DNA of 57,447 nt, taken from a virus. Its lineage: Duplodnaviria; Caudoviricetes. Numbering within the stretch: position 1 is the first letter of the stretch; every line of letters begins with the position of its first letter. Position numbers and translations under genes: made by a program. Positions 46,346-56,895 of this stretch are shown here, one piece after another. The stretch lies in IMG/VR virus record IMGVR_UViG_3300031566_000035, positions 1 through 57,447 of that record. One strand, given 5' to 3'. Under the pieces are notes generated by a model. It was not told where the DNA came from. It saw nothing but the letters and a program-made list of their open reading frames with translations, and did not search any database.

Positions 46346-48088
46346 ATGGAAAAAATTTGGATCAAGGACGGTAAATTTGCGGAACTCACAGACGAGCAAA
46401 TAAAAGGCTTGGATGTGGATCAACTTGCCGCATACACCGCAGAAACAAACAAATCCCAAACAAATAAACTGATTGAGGATTTTGAAAAGAAAATGGATGA
46501 AAAAACCAAGGATTTTTTAACACAAGCAGAAATTGACAAAATCAAAACTGATTTTGCAGATAGTGTTAAAGGATTGGACAAAGAGGCACTTTCAAAGTAC
46601 ACGGAAACGATTGACGGATTGAAAAAAGAAGTCAAGGACGTTACCGAACTTGCTGATGAAATCAAAGAAATTGCCAGGGAACAAGGAATTACAATTAAGT
46701 CTATGGGTGAAAACAAAATCCCTGATGTAAGGCGCAAAGCGACAAGGGAGGATCAATTAAAAGCGTTAATAACAAATGCTTTATATTCCACCGAATTTAA
46801 AAATTTTGAAAATCGTGGGTTCACTGGCAACTCCTCCAAGATGTTCTTAGATCAACTTGATGGGAGGGTTCAACTTAAAAAGCTTGGGTCTCAAAAAGGA
46901 GAGGATGCAGGGAATGTTGAGAAAGCTACTGTTGACACATCGAGCCATACAGGTACGGTTATGATTAGTGAGGTCTCGGATATGGTTAGGGATGATGCTC
47001 CAACACGCAGGTCTCATGTAAGGGACATTATTAACGTTGGGATGACAAATCAAGCTCAAATAGTTGCTGGTCAGGTTTATGACTTTACCGATGCCCTTAC
47101 CCTCGGTGCTGTTATGCTTGCTGAAAATGGCGAAGCTCCTGAAAGTGTATTCAAATCAAAAGAGAATACATGGACGATCAAACGTATTGCGAATTCGATG
47201 AGGATTTCAAAACGTGAAATAAAAGTCAATGGATTAAAATTTGTATTAGATAAAGTTCTTTCTAAACTTCCTGATTCAACCCTATTCGTAGAGGATGTTC
47301 AATTACTATTTGGTGACGGTGCAGGAAATAATGTAAAAGGACTTGCTAATGATGCCCGGGCGTTCAATTTAATCCCAAATACATATGCTGCCGCAGCTTT
47401 TTTAAGTGTTGCAACTTATAATAGCGGAACACAGGCGCTTATTACGTTCAATGCTGCACATGGAATGAAAAACGGGGACAACCTAACAATTGCAAATGCT
47501 ACCGAAGCCACGTATAACGATACACATACCTCGGCTGAGGTCATCAACGCTACTCAGGTAATTATCGACCTTGCTTATGTTGCAGAAACTTTAGGGAACG
47601 TTGCAAATTGGACTGGTTCTTCTTCTTCTCCTTTCTATCTTGAGATAGAAGCTGCACAAGAATATGATGTACTGGCTGTCGCAGATGCAAATCTTGAGGC
47701 TGGGGAATACATGAACAGTGGGTATGTTATACACCCAAGCCAATCAACCCAAATGGGACTACTTAAAGCAACTGACAGCAATTACCTAAATATCACGAAA
47801 GATGCGAGCGGTAAAATTGCAAGCGTAAACGGGAAGCCGGTTGTTACAACTACAGCAATGCCTTATGGCAAGTGGATTTGCGGTGATTTTTCAAGAAATG
47901 GCCTTGAATTAAAAGAGTTTACACCTTTGAACATCCAATTTGTTGAAGATGTTGAGTCTGTTAAGAAAAATGAAATCGTTGTGGTCATAGAAGAAGAAAT
48001 AATTTTCCCAATCTATAATCCTTATTGGTTCATATTCGGAAAGTTCAGCACTGCAAAAGCACAATTACTTAAACCTGATGCAATTTAA
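46346..48088 (+). CDS. Major capsid protein (HK97 fold) with delta domain and internal insertion
   Basis: Coiled-coil N-terminus, ENGEAPES, EDVQLLFGDG, GKPVVTT, GDF, KNEIVVVIEE. Confidence 0.9.
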   Translation: MEKIWIKDGKFAELTDEQIKGLDVDQLAAYTAETNKSQTNKLIEDFEKKMDEKTKDFLTQAEIDKIKTDFADSVKGLDKEALSKYTETIDGLKKEVKDVTELADEIKEIAREQGITIKSMGENKIPDVRRKATREDQLKALITNALYSTEFKNFENRGFTGNSSKMFLDQLDGRVQLKKLGSQKGEDAGNVEKATVDTSSHTGTVMISEVSDMVRDDAPTRRSHVRDIINVGMTNQAQIVAGQVYDFTDALTLGAVMLAENGEAPESVFKSKENTWTIKRIANSMRISKREIKVNGLKFVLDKVLSKLPDSTLFVEDVQLLFGDGAGNNVKGLANDARAFNLIPNTYAAAAFLSVATYNSGTQALITFNAAHGMKNGDNLTIANATEATYNDTHTSAEVINATQVIIDLAYVAETLGNVANWTGSSSSPFYLEIEAAQEYDVLAVADANLEAGEYMNSGYVIHPSQSTQMGLLKATDSNYLNITKDASGKIASVNGKPVVTTTAMPYGKWICGDFSRNGLELKEFTPLNIQFVEDVESVKKNEIVVVIEEEIIFPIYNPYWFIFGKFSTAKAQLLKPDAI

Positions 48089-48100
48089 AAATTAGAAGTT

Positions 48101-48520
48101 ATGAAAAAAATATTGATTTTATTATTCGTTATATTATTATTTTCTTTTGGTGCAACAGCCCAATCGACAAATAGTTATGTTTCTTTTGCTGCCGATTCAA
48201 CATTGGACGCAGAAACGGTTTACCTTGTCTTGGATTCACCAGACCCCATAACAAGGAACCATGCCGTTACATTGACGCTCGTCCCGGTAAACAATACCGG
48301 AACAGCAACTGTATTGGCAACACCTCAAGGGAGTCTTGACGGTACTGTTTATTTTGACCTTCAAACTGCCGCTGATACCGTAAACAACGCAGGAACTATC
48401 GCCGTAAAGACATATACGTATGCAGATGCGTATTGGAGATATTATAGGCAAAAATTAGTTAGTTCGGGAACGGGAGTGACGGATTTTACGGGCGAACTTG
48501 GTATGAAAAGAAAGTATTAA
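48101..48520 (+). CDS. Beta-rich protein with signal peptide next to capsid gene
   Basis: MKKILILLFVILLFSFGATA-Q; QGSLDG..Y and YWRYYR. Confidence 0.75.
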   Translation: MKKILILLFVILLFSFGATAQSTNSYVSFAADSTLDAETVYLVLDSPDPITRNHAVTLTLVPVNNTGTATVLATPQGSLDGTVYFDLQTAADTVNNAGTIAVKTYTYADAYWRYYRQKLVSSGTGVTDFTGELGMKRKY

Positions 48521-48521
48521 T

Positions 48522-48824
48522 ATGGCGAAACTGATAATTACCGGAAGTATAAATCAGTTGAAGCTGATAGTACGGGAAAATAGGATACGGGCGAGCAGAT
48601 CGGGGATTTCTTTTTCTTTAGTGGAAGACGATATTTCCGTAACCGAAAAAACTTGTATCTCTAATTTTCCAAATCAGGAATCGGATCACGAATTTTCTGT
48701 AAGGAAGATAATCCCGATGATAGAAGCTTGTGCCTCTATTTATGAACTTAAAAAGTTCGATGGCGATGACAGAAAGACCGTCATTGCAGCTTATTTAAAA
48801 AAGTTGAAATCTTTTGAGGCATGA
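48522..48824 (+). CDS. Head-region hypothetical protein
   Basis: DDRKTVIAA C-terminal motif. Confidence 0.65.
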   Translation: MAKLIITGSINQLKLIVRENRIRASRSGISFSLVEDDISVTEKTCISNFPNQESDHEFSVRKIIPMIEACASIYELKKFDGDDRKTVIAAYLKKLKSFEA

Positions 48825-49414
48825 GCATAGATAAATCATATTTTATCAGGGAAATAGCGATCCCGAACCTTAACCAAGCACCTGTTATCGCAGAACTTGA
48901 TGTGGATATACTTTTTTATGAAAAGGAAATCCTCACAGACCTTTTGGGTTACGAACTTTATGCCGCATATATTACAGGTATAGCAGGAGAAACCCCGGAA
49001 GCGAAATGGACGGATTTAAGGGATGGGGCTGATTTTTCTTTTGAATTTTGCGGCCGTACCGTAAACACAAGATGGAACGGCTTTGAAAATTCGGAAAAAG
49101 ATTCGCTAATAGCTTATTATGTTTATGCAAACTGGGTAAGTAAAAGGATGCAGACGTTGACAAGTATAGGTGTCGGAGCGGCAAGTTCGGAAAACTCAAG
49201 TGCGGTTACGGGAGAAAGGAAAATGGTTGGCGCATGGAGGCGTTTTTTAGAGCTTTATGGAAAAGCACCTGACTGGGTTTGCGATTATGCCCATGAACCT
49301 ACCATGCATTTTAACGAAAAGCCATCGGCGTACAATTTTTTGTTGGCCAACTTTGATAATTATGATAATTGGATATTCACTAAAAGGGAGGATGTTGTAA
49401 TTGGAGGTTTCTAG
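48821..49414 (+). CDS. Putative head-tail adaptor
   Basis: Position; LLGYELY...IAYYVY. Confidence 0.7.
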   Translation: MSIDKSYFIREIAIPNLNQAPVIAELDVDILFYEKEILTDLLGYELYAAYITGIAGETPEAKWTDLRDGADFSFEFCGRTVNTRWNGFENSEKDSLIAYYVYANWVSKRMQTLTSIGVGAASSENSSAVTGERKMVGAWRRFLELYGKAPDWVCDYAHEPTMHFNEKPSAYNFLLANFDNYDNWIFTKREDVVIGGF

Positions 49415-50099
49415 CACTATATTGACAAATGTTTTCGATGAACTCGTGGCTAGCATGAGGGAAACTGGAGTTATTGGTTCCGTAGTGGAAACTGACGGTA
49501 TTTCGGTTATGCAAAGCGTAAACGCTTTATCTGAAAACGAAGTCGTGGTCATCAACGGTGCTGATTATACTGTTTTTAATGTCAGCACTATTGGTTTTTC
49601 AGTGGAAGGCACAGGGCTTTCTGGTTCTTGGGTTTCACAAAGCCCTTATTATGATTATGGGCATTTAAAGGAAATATCGAACAAACTGATAAAAATGGAC
49701 ACGGAAACCGCACCTTACAGTTATAAGAAATACCCATTGATAGCACTTGTCACGGATATTGAAATAGACGAGGGCGATCCGATCGTAGAAGGTATCGTGA
49801 GAAATCTTTTTTTGGTGATAATAAACAATACCCAGGAAGAATACTCATCAAAAGAAAGGTACGAAAATAACATTATACCCATTCTATATCCTCTATTCGA
49901 GGAATTAAAGAAAAAAATAAAGAGTTCTAAATATTTTATCGGTGTCTATCCGAAAATCAACCTAAAACGCAAAGAAATGCCGTTTTGGGGAAGCACTTCA
50001 AAATACGGGAATATCAAAAACATCACAAATGACCCGTTGGACGCCATACAGATACGGATAACAGAACTCAAAATAGATTCAAAAAAATGTATAATTTAA
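49401..50099 (+). CDS. Putative tail terminator/completion protein
   Basis: KYPLIAL...RY...PILYP; upstream of major tail gene. Confidence 0.6.
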   Translation: MEVSSTILTNVFDELVASMRETGVIGSVVETDGISVMQSVNALSENEVVVINGADYTVFNVSTIGFSVEGTGLSGSWVSQSPYYDYGHLKEISNKLIKMDTETAPYSYKKYPLIALVTDIEIDEGDPIVEGIVRNLFLVIINNTQEEYSSKERYENNIIPILYPLFEELKKKIKSSKYFIGVYPKINLKRKEMPFWGSTSKYGNIKNITNDPLDAIQIRITELKIDSKKCII

Positions 50100-50111
50100 A
50101 AAAATAAAACT

Positions 50112-50978
50112 ATGGATTGTTTATTAACAGGGAATACCGGAAGTAAATATTGCACTACAAAGGCAATTTTTGGTGATCCGGAAGGTATCATCTTGGCAAA
50201 GGACGGCTTCTCTATGAGCGCAGCCGACTTTTTGGACAAAGATAAATGGTACGAAGCTATAAATGCAGGGAATATATTCCCTATAATGGATTTAAAGGCA
50301 TTTTTAGTTAATCCTACAGAGGTTAAATACCAAGAATACGATAACGATAAACGCTCGTTCATCAAACATGGAGTATATCGTTTTTCTGTGGAATTCAACA
50401 AAAACCAAGAACAAAAGAAGCAATTGCAATCATTTATGGGATTTACGCAAAAGTTTTTCTTTGTATATGCAAATGACGTTATCAGGGGTCGCTCCATTGA
50501 CGGTGGAACAAATGTAGAAGGGATAAGGATTTCGGAACTTGTCGTTGACAAGGAGAGACTTAGCACTACTAGTGAATCTTCTATGATCCCTATCCACGTT
50601 GACGTAAAAAACTATAAAGACCTTAACGGGTTCGATTATGCGATGGAAGTCGATTGGGACGTTACGGAACTTGACGGTCTTACAGAGGTCGATCTCGAAC
50701 AAGTCGGAACTGCTTCTGCAACTGAGTTGACGATAAGCATATATGGAACCGTGTACGGTAAAAGTTATCCGATAACCGGGACTGTACTTGATGATTTTTC
50801 AATTACAGGGACAGGTACTTTGGATAGTGTCGTGGATAATGGAGATGGAACTTATACTTTTGCCACTACTGGTCTTATTACTACTGATATTGTCGATTTA
50901 GATGCACCAGCTGACATGACGACACAAAATTTGCTTATAAAATCAAGTGGCGCTGTTACTGTAACTGTAACTCCATGA
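50112..50978 (+). CDS. Major tail tube protein
   Basis: 288 aa, acidic, Ig-like C-terminus (DNGDGTYT); position. Confidence 0.7.
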   Translation: MDCLLTGNTGSKYCTTKAIFGDPEGIILAKDGFSMSAADFLDKDKWYEAINAGNIFPIMDLKAFLVNPTEVKYQEYDNDKRSFIKHGVYRFSVEFNKNQEQKKQLQSFMGFTQKFFFVYANDVIRGRSIDGGTNVEGIRISELVVDKERLSTTSESSMIPIHVDVKNYKDLNGFDYAMEVDWDVTELDGLTEVDLEQVGTASATELTISIYGTVYGKSYPITGTVLDDFSITGTGTLDSVVDNGDGTYTFATTGLITTDIVDLDAPADMTTQNLLIKSSGAVTVTVTP

Positions 50979-51427
50979 TAGAAACGCTGATAGCACGGGC
51001 GAGGTCGATTGATATTGACATGATATTGGACAATACAATAAACCAAAGGATCGAATTTTTACTCGATCTTGTCCGTTCTCAGCTTTTGTCAGGGGAAAGG
51101 TCGGACGGTACGCCGATAGGCACGTACTCAAAAAGTGAAATCGGGAAGTATTATGTCGACCTAAAATTCGACATGGGGCTTTTCAAAGGTGGGAGTGATC
51201 CAAACTACGACCTATATTTTGACGGTACGTACCATAAAAGCCTAACGGCAAAAGTAACATCCGATAGCATAGAAATATGGTCGACAGATCCGAAAGAACC
51301 TGAAATAGAGATGAACACAGGAAGTCTGGACAACGCATTGGTGCTGAACGAAGAAAATTTGCAATTATTTATAGATGAGTTAATACCATTGATAAAAAAT
51401 GATATATATGGAAAACTTGGGATATAG
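50975..51427 (+). CDS. Tail completion/neck protein
   Basis: QLLSGERSDG, DLYFDGTYHKS. Confidence 0.65.
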   Translation: MIETLIARARSIDIDMILDNTINQRIEFLLDLVRSQLLSGERSDGTPIGTYSKSEIGKYYVDLKFDMGLFKGGSDPNYDLYFDGTYHKSLTAKVTSDSIEIWSTDPKEPEIEMNTGSLDNALVLNEENLQLFIDELIPLIKNDIYGKLGI

Positions 51428-51626
51428 ATATGTTATGTATGTAACAGAACTAAAAAAAGGCTATCCAAAAGGATGGTTGTTCAGGCCTTTGATATGGCTG
51501 TTTTTCAAAAGGTACAGGTCTAAATTAAAAAAGAGGCTTGCTTTACTAGAGGAACAGCATAATAACGGGCTTGTCAAGAAAGAAGTTTATACAATATGGA
51601 AAAAAATGATAAAAGAAGTATTATGA
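51399..51626 (+). CDS. Small basic hypothetical protein
   Basis: 75 aa ORF in tail operon. Confidence 0.5.
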   Translation: MIYMENLGYRYVMYVTELKKGYPKGWLFRPLIWLFFKRYRSKLKKRLALLEEQHNNGLVKKEVYTIWKKMIKEVL

Positions 51627-52009
51627 AACCAATCGTAACGAACAAAAAAAAGCAAAAGGACATTGATTATATAACGAGGCTTGCACAGAATTATGCAAAT
51701 AACGAAAAAAAAGATGTATATGTTTTCAAAATTGAAAAACAAGGTATCGGGGTTTGTTTTGATTTTTCGGAAGAAAAACACCCAAAAACAGTCGTTACTG
51801 TACGATTCGATAGAAGACCTGCTCGTAAAACCGTTCTTCAAGATAATGGAGACAGGGAACTTGAACCTATTGAAAAAAAAGAACGTAAGGGTAAGCGCGA
51901 AAAAACTGGAAGAAACTTGGGAGAACTTAAAAGAGCAGTACTGGAAGGAGAAGGACAAACAGAAATACAAGGCGTTCCTAAAGAAACAAAAGAGGATAAG
52001 GCTACTTGA
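51623..52009 (+). CDS. Hypothetical protein overlapping next gene
   Basis: ATGA coupling at 51623. Confidence 0.55.
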   Translation: MKPIVTNKKKQKDIDYITRLAQNYANNEKKDVYVFKIEKQGIGVCFDFSEEKHPKTVVTVRFDRRPARKTVLQDNGDRELEPIEKKERKGKREKTGRNLGELKRAVLEGEGQTEIQGVPKETKEDKAT

Positions 52010-52358
52010 GATCGAGATAAGCGCATGCAAGATGTGTATCGCTTATTACGAAATGACTGGACAAATACATGAAAGTTTCAAGGATTTCGGTTATGAGGTA
52101 AGGGACGGCAAGGACGTAGAAAAGGTAAGGCAGCACATAGGCGTGAAAATGACGAAGTTTTCCAGGATTCTGATAGAAAACGAAATATTGAATGAAGCGG
52201 AAAGTACCTCTTTTTGGGAAATATTGACAGATTTTGAGGCGATGTTAAACGAATGGGGAGTAATAAAAGGACAGCTCGACATCGAAAATACAACTGTTTC
52301 AAGATGGATAGCCTACGAAAAAACATTGAAAAAAAGGCAAATGGCGCAAAAAAAATAA
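51681..52358 (+). CDS. Putative tail assembly chaperone
   Basis: Immediately upstream of tape measure gene; start uncertain. Confidence 0.6.
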   Translation: MHRIMQITKKKMYMFSKLKNKVSGFVLIFRKKNTQKQSLLYDSIEDLLVKPFFKIMETGNLNLLKKKNVRVSAKKLEETWENLKEQYWKEKDKQKYKAFLKKQKRIRLLEIEISACKMCIAYYEMTGQIHESFKDFGYEVRDGKDVEKVRQHIGVKMTKFSRILIENEILNEAESTSFWEILTDFEAMLNEWGVIKGQLDIENTTVSRWIAYEKTLKKRQMAQKK

Positions 52359-52361
52359 GAT

Positions 52362-55300
52362 ATGTCAAAAGGAAAGATAGGAAAAGATACGTTTTTTGAT
52401 TCTGATGGCATTAGATCAGGTGTAGACCAACTTATAAAGCAGTTGCAGAGAATACCATTGGAACTTGCCAATATCTCCAAGGATATAAAATCGTCAGGTG
52501 GCTTAAAAGAACTCAACGAACTTTCAAAAAAAGGTGCTTTATTGAACGAAAGTTACAATGCTTCAATAAAAAAGCTCACCACCAGTATAGATAGCCATAC
52601 AAAATCCATGACGAAATCAGGGAGTGCCGGAAAGAAAAACAACAAAACCGCATCAGAGGGCGCAAGGATAAGGGAAAGGCTTAGAAAAGTCATTGAACAG
52701 AATAGGCTCGCGCAAAAAGGAATGACATCAGAGCTTGTAAAACAACAGGTCAAAAGGCAGCAATTAAATAAAACATTAAGGGATCAGGCACGTGCAGAAC
52801 TCGGAATAGCAAAAAGTTCAGGTGGTCTTAGAAATGGTTTTAAGCTCATGGCCGCACAGCTCAGAAACCTTGCGGTGGCATATTTAGGCGTACAGACTGT
52901 TATACGTGGGTTTCAAGATATATTCAAGGTAACAAAGACTTTGGATGCCATAGGGTTTGCACAAAAGAGGGTCATTCAGAGCCAAGTGGAATTTGCACAA
53001 ACACAGGAATTCCTGTCGCGGATAATCGTTGACTATGGGCTTGACCTTGTCGCTGTAACGGAAAGGTATACAAAATTCAGGGCTGCCACGAATTCAAGTA
53101 ATTTAACCGCTATCCAAACACAGAAGATATTCGATAGCGTTTCAAAGGCGTCTGCCGTTTTAGGCTTAAAGACAGATGAACTAAGGGGCGTGTACCTTGC
53201 CTTGGAGCAGATGATCTCAAAAGGGACCGTGACGACCGAAGAGCTCAGGAGACAGCTAGGAGAACGTTTGCCGGGTGCGTTTCAGATCATGGCAAAAGCT
53301 TTGGGAACGAACACCAGGGGACTTAATAAAATGCTCCGTGCAGGGGAGGTGCTCGCAGAAGAAGCATTGCCTAAATTCATAATAGCCTTAGAAGAAGCAT
53401 ATGGACTTGATAGCGTAAAGACCGTTGACACTTTGATAGCTGCACAGAATAGGCTAAGAACCGCATGGATCGAATTCATAAAACTAATGGACGGTGCTGA
53501 TTTTTTTAAGGGAGTACTTAACCAGTTATCTGGATTTGTTAGGTGGATTGGTGAAAATATAAACTTATTGGTAAAACTCGGAAAGGTCGTTATAAATCTG
53601 ACTATTATTTATACGGCATACAGGATAGGATTAAAGCTAACCACAAACGCATCTATACGCTATATCGCTGTTACAAGAGGAATTACTGTTGCACAGGCCG
53701 TGCTGACAATTGCTACGACAAAAGTAAAGAATGCGTTTATTGCACTAAGGGCTGCATTTATGACAAGTGGGATAGGGACTATTATAACGCTTATAGGTGT
53801 TGCTGTATCTGTATTATTACCGTTTATTATTAAAACAAAGGAAGCAAAAGAAGAATTAAAATCGTTTGACAACCAAGTAAGTGAAAGCCAAAAAAAGTTA
53901 GATTTAATATTTGCATCTTTAAAAAACGCAGCAAAAGGGACAAATGAATGGAAATTGGCAAAACAGGAATTTAATAAAACGTATGCAAAGTATCTTGGTT
54001 ATATTATTGACGAGAAGACAAACATCGAGGATATTCTTAAATTAGAAAAAGAATTAAAAGAAGAAGAAGAAGGAAAGATAAGGAGGATGCAGTATGAAGT
54101 TGAGATCAGTGAAGCAAATAGAAGTCAAAGGGATAGGGAGGCTGTTGCTATATCTGAGTTAAGGGATCGTTTTGAAGAATATAACGAAGAAAGGAAAAAA
54201 GAAGGAAAGGTCGGACTTACGCCTTTTGATATAGAGAAAAAAATTGCAAAATTTAAAGATTTATCAAGACAATATGCAGATGGGAAAATATCTGCAACTG
54301 GTTTTATTGCAGGTCTTGTTGACACTGAATTAAATATGATTAAGGTCGATAGATCAACCTTCGAACTTGCAAATTCATATAAAGACTTAGATGATGAAAC
54401 AAAAAGAATAACAACAAGTCTTTTTGCTTGGATCAAAGCAAATGAAACGTCTAAGGGCTTTGATTTAGATAAGTTTAAAAATAATTTAAAAGGAGCGGAA
54501 AAAATATTTACCAAGTTTACATCACTTACATCAGGAGACCTAAAAAAATGGGTATCCGATAATGAAAAAATCACAATAGAGGGTATAAAGAAAAGTTTCA
54601 CGGCTGCCGACTTCGGTACTTATGAAAAATTCCTTAAAGAACTCCGAAAGAAATACAAAGACCCACAAGCAAGGATAGAAATTGAGCTTGAACTTTCAAG
54701 GGTAAGGGACAAAAAAGGCGGAGATGCTATATCTATACAAAGAGAAATAAACAAACAATTGCTTTCAGAAGAAAAAGCGATGCAAGAACTTGATTTGAAG
54801 TTCAGTATAGAAAAACTACAAAAAAAAGGAGCATCAGAGGAATTCATGAACAATTTCATACAAGATCAGCGAAGGGAGAACAATATCGCACTATTGGAAC
54901 TTGAAATAGGACTCAGCAAAAAACTTTTAAAACTATCAAAAGATGATGCAAGCGCACAGGCGAAGATAAGGACAGATATTGCAAAACTTTATGAAGGTAT
55001 CGCAAAAGAACAATCTGAGCAAGAAATAGACGAAGCCAAAAGAACATCGGAAGAAAAAAAAAGGATTTTGAAAAAAGAGGCTTCCGATATAGAAACCGAA
55101 GGAATGGATCGTGTACTTTCTGTAGAAAAAACGGCATCAAATCTTATAAACAGCGAACTCCAAAGATTTAAAGATAGAGAGATAACACATAAAGAGTTCA
55201 CAAAGAACATAGAAGAAATAGAACAGAATTTACAGGATGAGATACTTAAAATACAAATTGATTCGCTAAAGAAAAAGCAATTGCTTTACGATCAAGATTC

Positions 55301-56138
55301 AGATGAATACGCAAAAATTTCGCAGCAGATACTTAACCTTGAATCACAAAAAAACAAAAACATCGTAGAGGACGACAAAAAGACCGCTGAAAAGATAGCC
55401 GAAGAAAGGAAATTACTGTCCGAAAAATCAAAGGAATTCATAAACGAACTGTTCAATGCGGTCATAGCATCGTTCGAGAACCAACTCGCCGCCGCAGAAC
55501 AGGCAAAGAATTTTGAGGTTGCGCTTGCAGGGTCGAATACGGAACAAAGGATAAAGGCTGAAAGGAAATTTGAAAAGAAAAGTGCGGATATAAAAAGAAG
55601 GCAAGCAAACGCACAGAAGGCACAGTCTGCATTTAATATCATAACAAACACGGCTCAAGCGATAATAGGGTTCTTGGCTAACCCGAGCGGTTTTCCAGGT
55701 CTTGCGCTTTCGATACTTGCAGGTTCTATAGGTGCCATACAACTCGCAACGGTACTAAGCACGCCAGTGCCTACATTTGCGGAAGGCGGTATTACGGATA
55801 AAGATGGAGGTATAATCGTAGGTGATAAGAAAGGCGATAAAACGCTTACGAAAAAAGGTGGAAGTGAACTCGCTGTACTTCCAAGTGGCAAGTCTTTCTT
55901 GACAAGTGCATACCCGACAATGATGGACGTTCCAAAAGGTACTGAGATAATACCGCACGACATGACCCAAAAAATGCTTGCAGTGGAGGCTAAAAAATCG
56001 GCATACGAAAGACATGACATGTTAAAATCAGAAAGATATTTAAGGGAGATAAGGGACAAGGATGATATAACGTACCGTGATGGATACAAAATAGTAACGA
56101 GGAAAAATTTCAGGGGGGTATATGCTTCAAGGATATAA
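52362..56138 (+). CDS. Tail tape measure protein
   Basis: 1258 aa helical; ALEQMISKGTVTTEELRRQLGERLPGA tape-measure motif; FAEGG near the C-terminus. Confidence 0.95.
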   Translation: MSKGKIGKDTFFDSDGIRSGVDQLIKQLQRIPLELANISKDIKSSGGLKELNELSKKGALLNESYNASIKKLTTSIDSHTKSMTKSGSAGKKNNKTASEGARIRERLRKVIEQNRLAQKGMTSELVKQQVKRQQLNKTLRDQARAELGIAKSSGGLRNGFKLMAAQLRNLAVAYLGVQTVIRGFQDIFKVTKTLDAIGFAQKRVIQSQVEFAQTQEFLSRIIVDYGLDLVAVTERYTKFRAATNSSNLTAIQTQKIFDSVSKASAVLGLKTDELRGVYLALEQMISKGTVTTEELRRQLGERLPGAFQIMAKALGTNTRGLNKMLRAGEVLAEEALPKFIIALEEAYGLDSVKTVDTLIAAQNRLRTAWIEFIKLMDGADFFKGVLNQLSGFVRWIGENINLLVKLGKVVINLTIIYTAYRIGLKLTTNASIRYIAVTRGITVAQAVLTIATTKVKNAFIALRAAFMTSGIGTIITLIGVAVSVLLPFIIKTKEAKEELKSFDNQVSESQKKLDLIFASLKNAAKGTNEWKLAKQEFNKTYAKYLGYIIDEKTNIEDILKLEKELKEEEEGKIRRMQYEVEISEANRSQRDREAVAISELRDRFEEYNEERKKEGKVGLTPFDIEKKIAKFKDLSRQYADGKISATGFIAGLVDTELNMIKVDRSTFELANSYKDLDDETKRITTSLFAWIKANETSKGFDLDKFKNNLKGAEKIFTKFTSLTSGDLKKWVSDNEKITIEGIKKSFTAADFGTYEKFLKELRKKYKDPQARIEIELELSRVRDKKGGDAISIQREINKQLLSEEKAMQELDLKFSIEKLQKKGASEEFMNNFIQDQRRENNIALLELEIGLSKKLLKLSKDDASAQAKIRTDIAKLYEGIAKEQSEQEIDEAKRTSEEKKRILKKEASDIETEGMDRVLSVEKTASNLINSELQRFKDREITHKEFTKNIEEIEQNLQDEILKIQIDSLKKKQLLYDQDSDEYAKISQQILNLESQKNKNIVEDDKKTAEKIAEERKLLSEKSKEFINELFNAVIASFENQLAAAEQAKNFEVALAGSNTEQRIKAERKFEKKSADIKRRQANAQKAQSAFNIITNTAQAIIGFLANPSGFPGLALSILAGSIGAIQLATVLSTPVPTFAEGGITDKDGGIIVGDKKGDKTLTKKGGSELAVLPSGKSFLTSAYPTMMDVPKGTEIIPHDMTQKMLAVEAKKSAYERHDMLKSERYLREIRDKDDITYRDGYKIVTRKNFRGVYASRI

Positions 56139-56895
56139 TACGTTGCAATATTACGAGAGCAAAAGCCTTCAAAGATGGGAAAGGCTCGACAATATGATAT
56201 TTGTTTATTTTAAGACAGATATATTACCTTCATTTATATTGATCTCCGATACCAGTGCTTCATCTGCAACCGCACAAGTGTATAATGCAATAGACGATAC
56301 ACCGTTCGGTGCAACTTTTCCTGTTGTCGTTTCCGTTTCCGGTTCTAAAAAGATTTTAAAGATAGAAAACAAACAAACGGTCGGTGGCGAAGATGGTTGT
56401 TATTACACAAAGATAATTGCAGGGGGCGATATTTTTTATTCCGAGGTTTACAAATGGGTCGATGACACATTGGTTAACAGGAAAGAAATAGGGCTATTGG
56501 AAATAACCGCTGTCAGCCAAGCGATCACTATTGGTTCAACATATGAAGTGGATGCATTCACGTATTCCTGCCTTTTGAAAACAAACAACCCCGTTGTGAA
56601 CGAAAGTATAAAAGAAACAGGGAAGGAAAGGACCTATGGTGATTTGTCTGTATTTACAACAAGGGTCATTAAGCAAAAATACGAAATGCTCGGCGGAGTG
56701 GATGCATTCAAGTTCCTTACAGGGTTAAGGGTATTGGATACAAACGGCACTGTTACTTTTATTTATGACGGGATTTCTTACATAGGGATAGATATAAATT
56801 TTGAAAAAACGGACAGCATTTCTTTTGACGATGGGATCTCCATGACAATAGAATTCACCGAACAAGACTATATAAGCACAAGGAATGAGACATAA
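56122..56895 (+). CDS. Putative distal tail protein
   Basis: Directly after the tape measure gene. Confidence 0.6.
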   Translation: MLQGYNTLQYYESKSLQRWERLDNMIFVYFKTDILPSFILISDTSASSATAQVYNAIDDTPFGATFPVVVSVSGSKKILKIENKQTVGGEDGCYYTKIIAGGDIFYSEVYKWVDDTLVNRKEIGLLEITAVSQAITIGSTYEVDAFTYSCLLKTNNPVVNESIKETGKERTYGDLSVFTTRVIKQKYEMLGGVDAFKFLTGLRVLDTNGTVTFIYDGISYIGIDINFEKTDSISFDDGISMTIEFTEQDYISTRNET

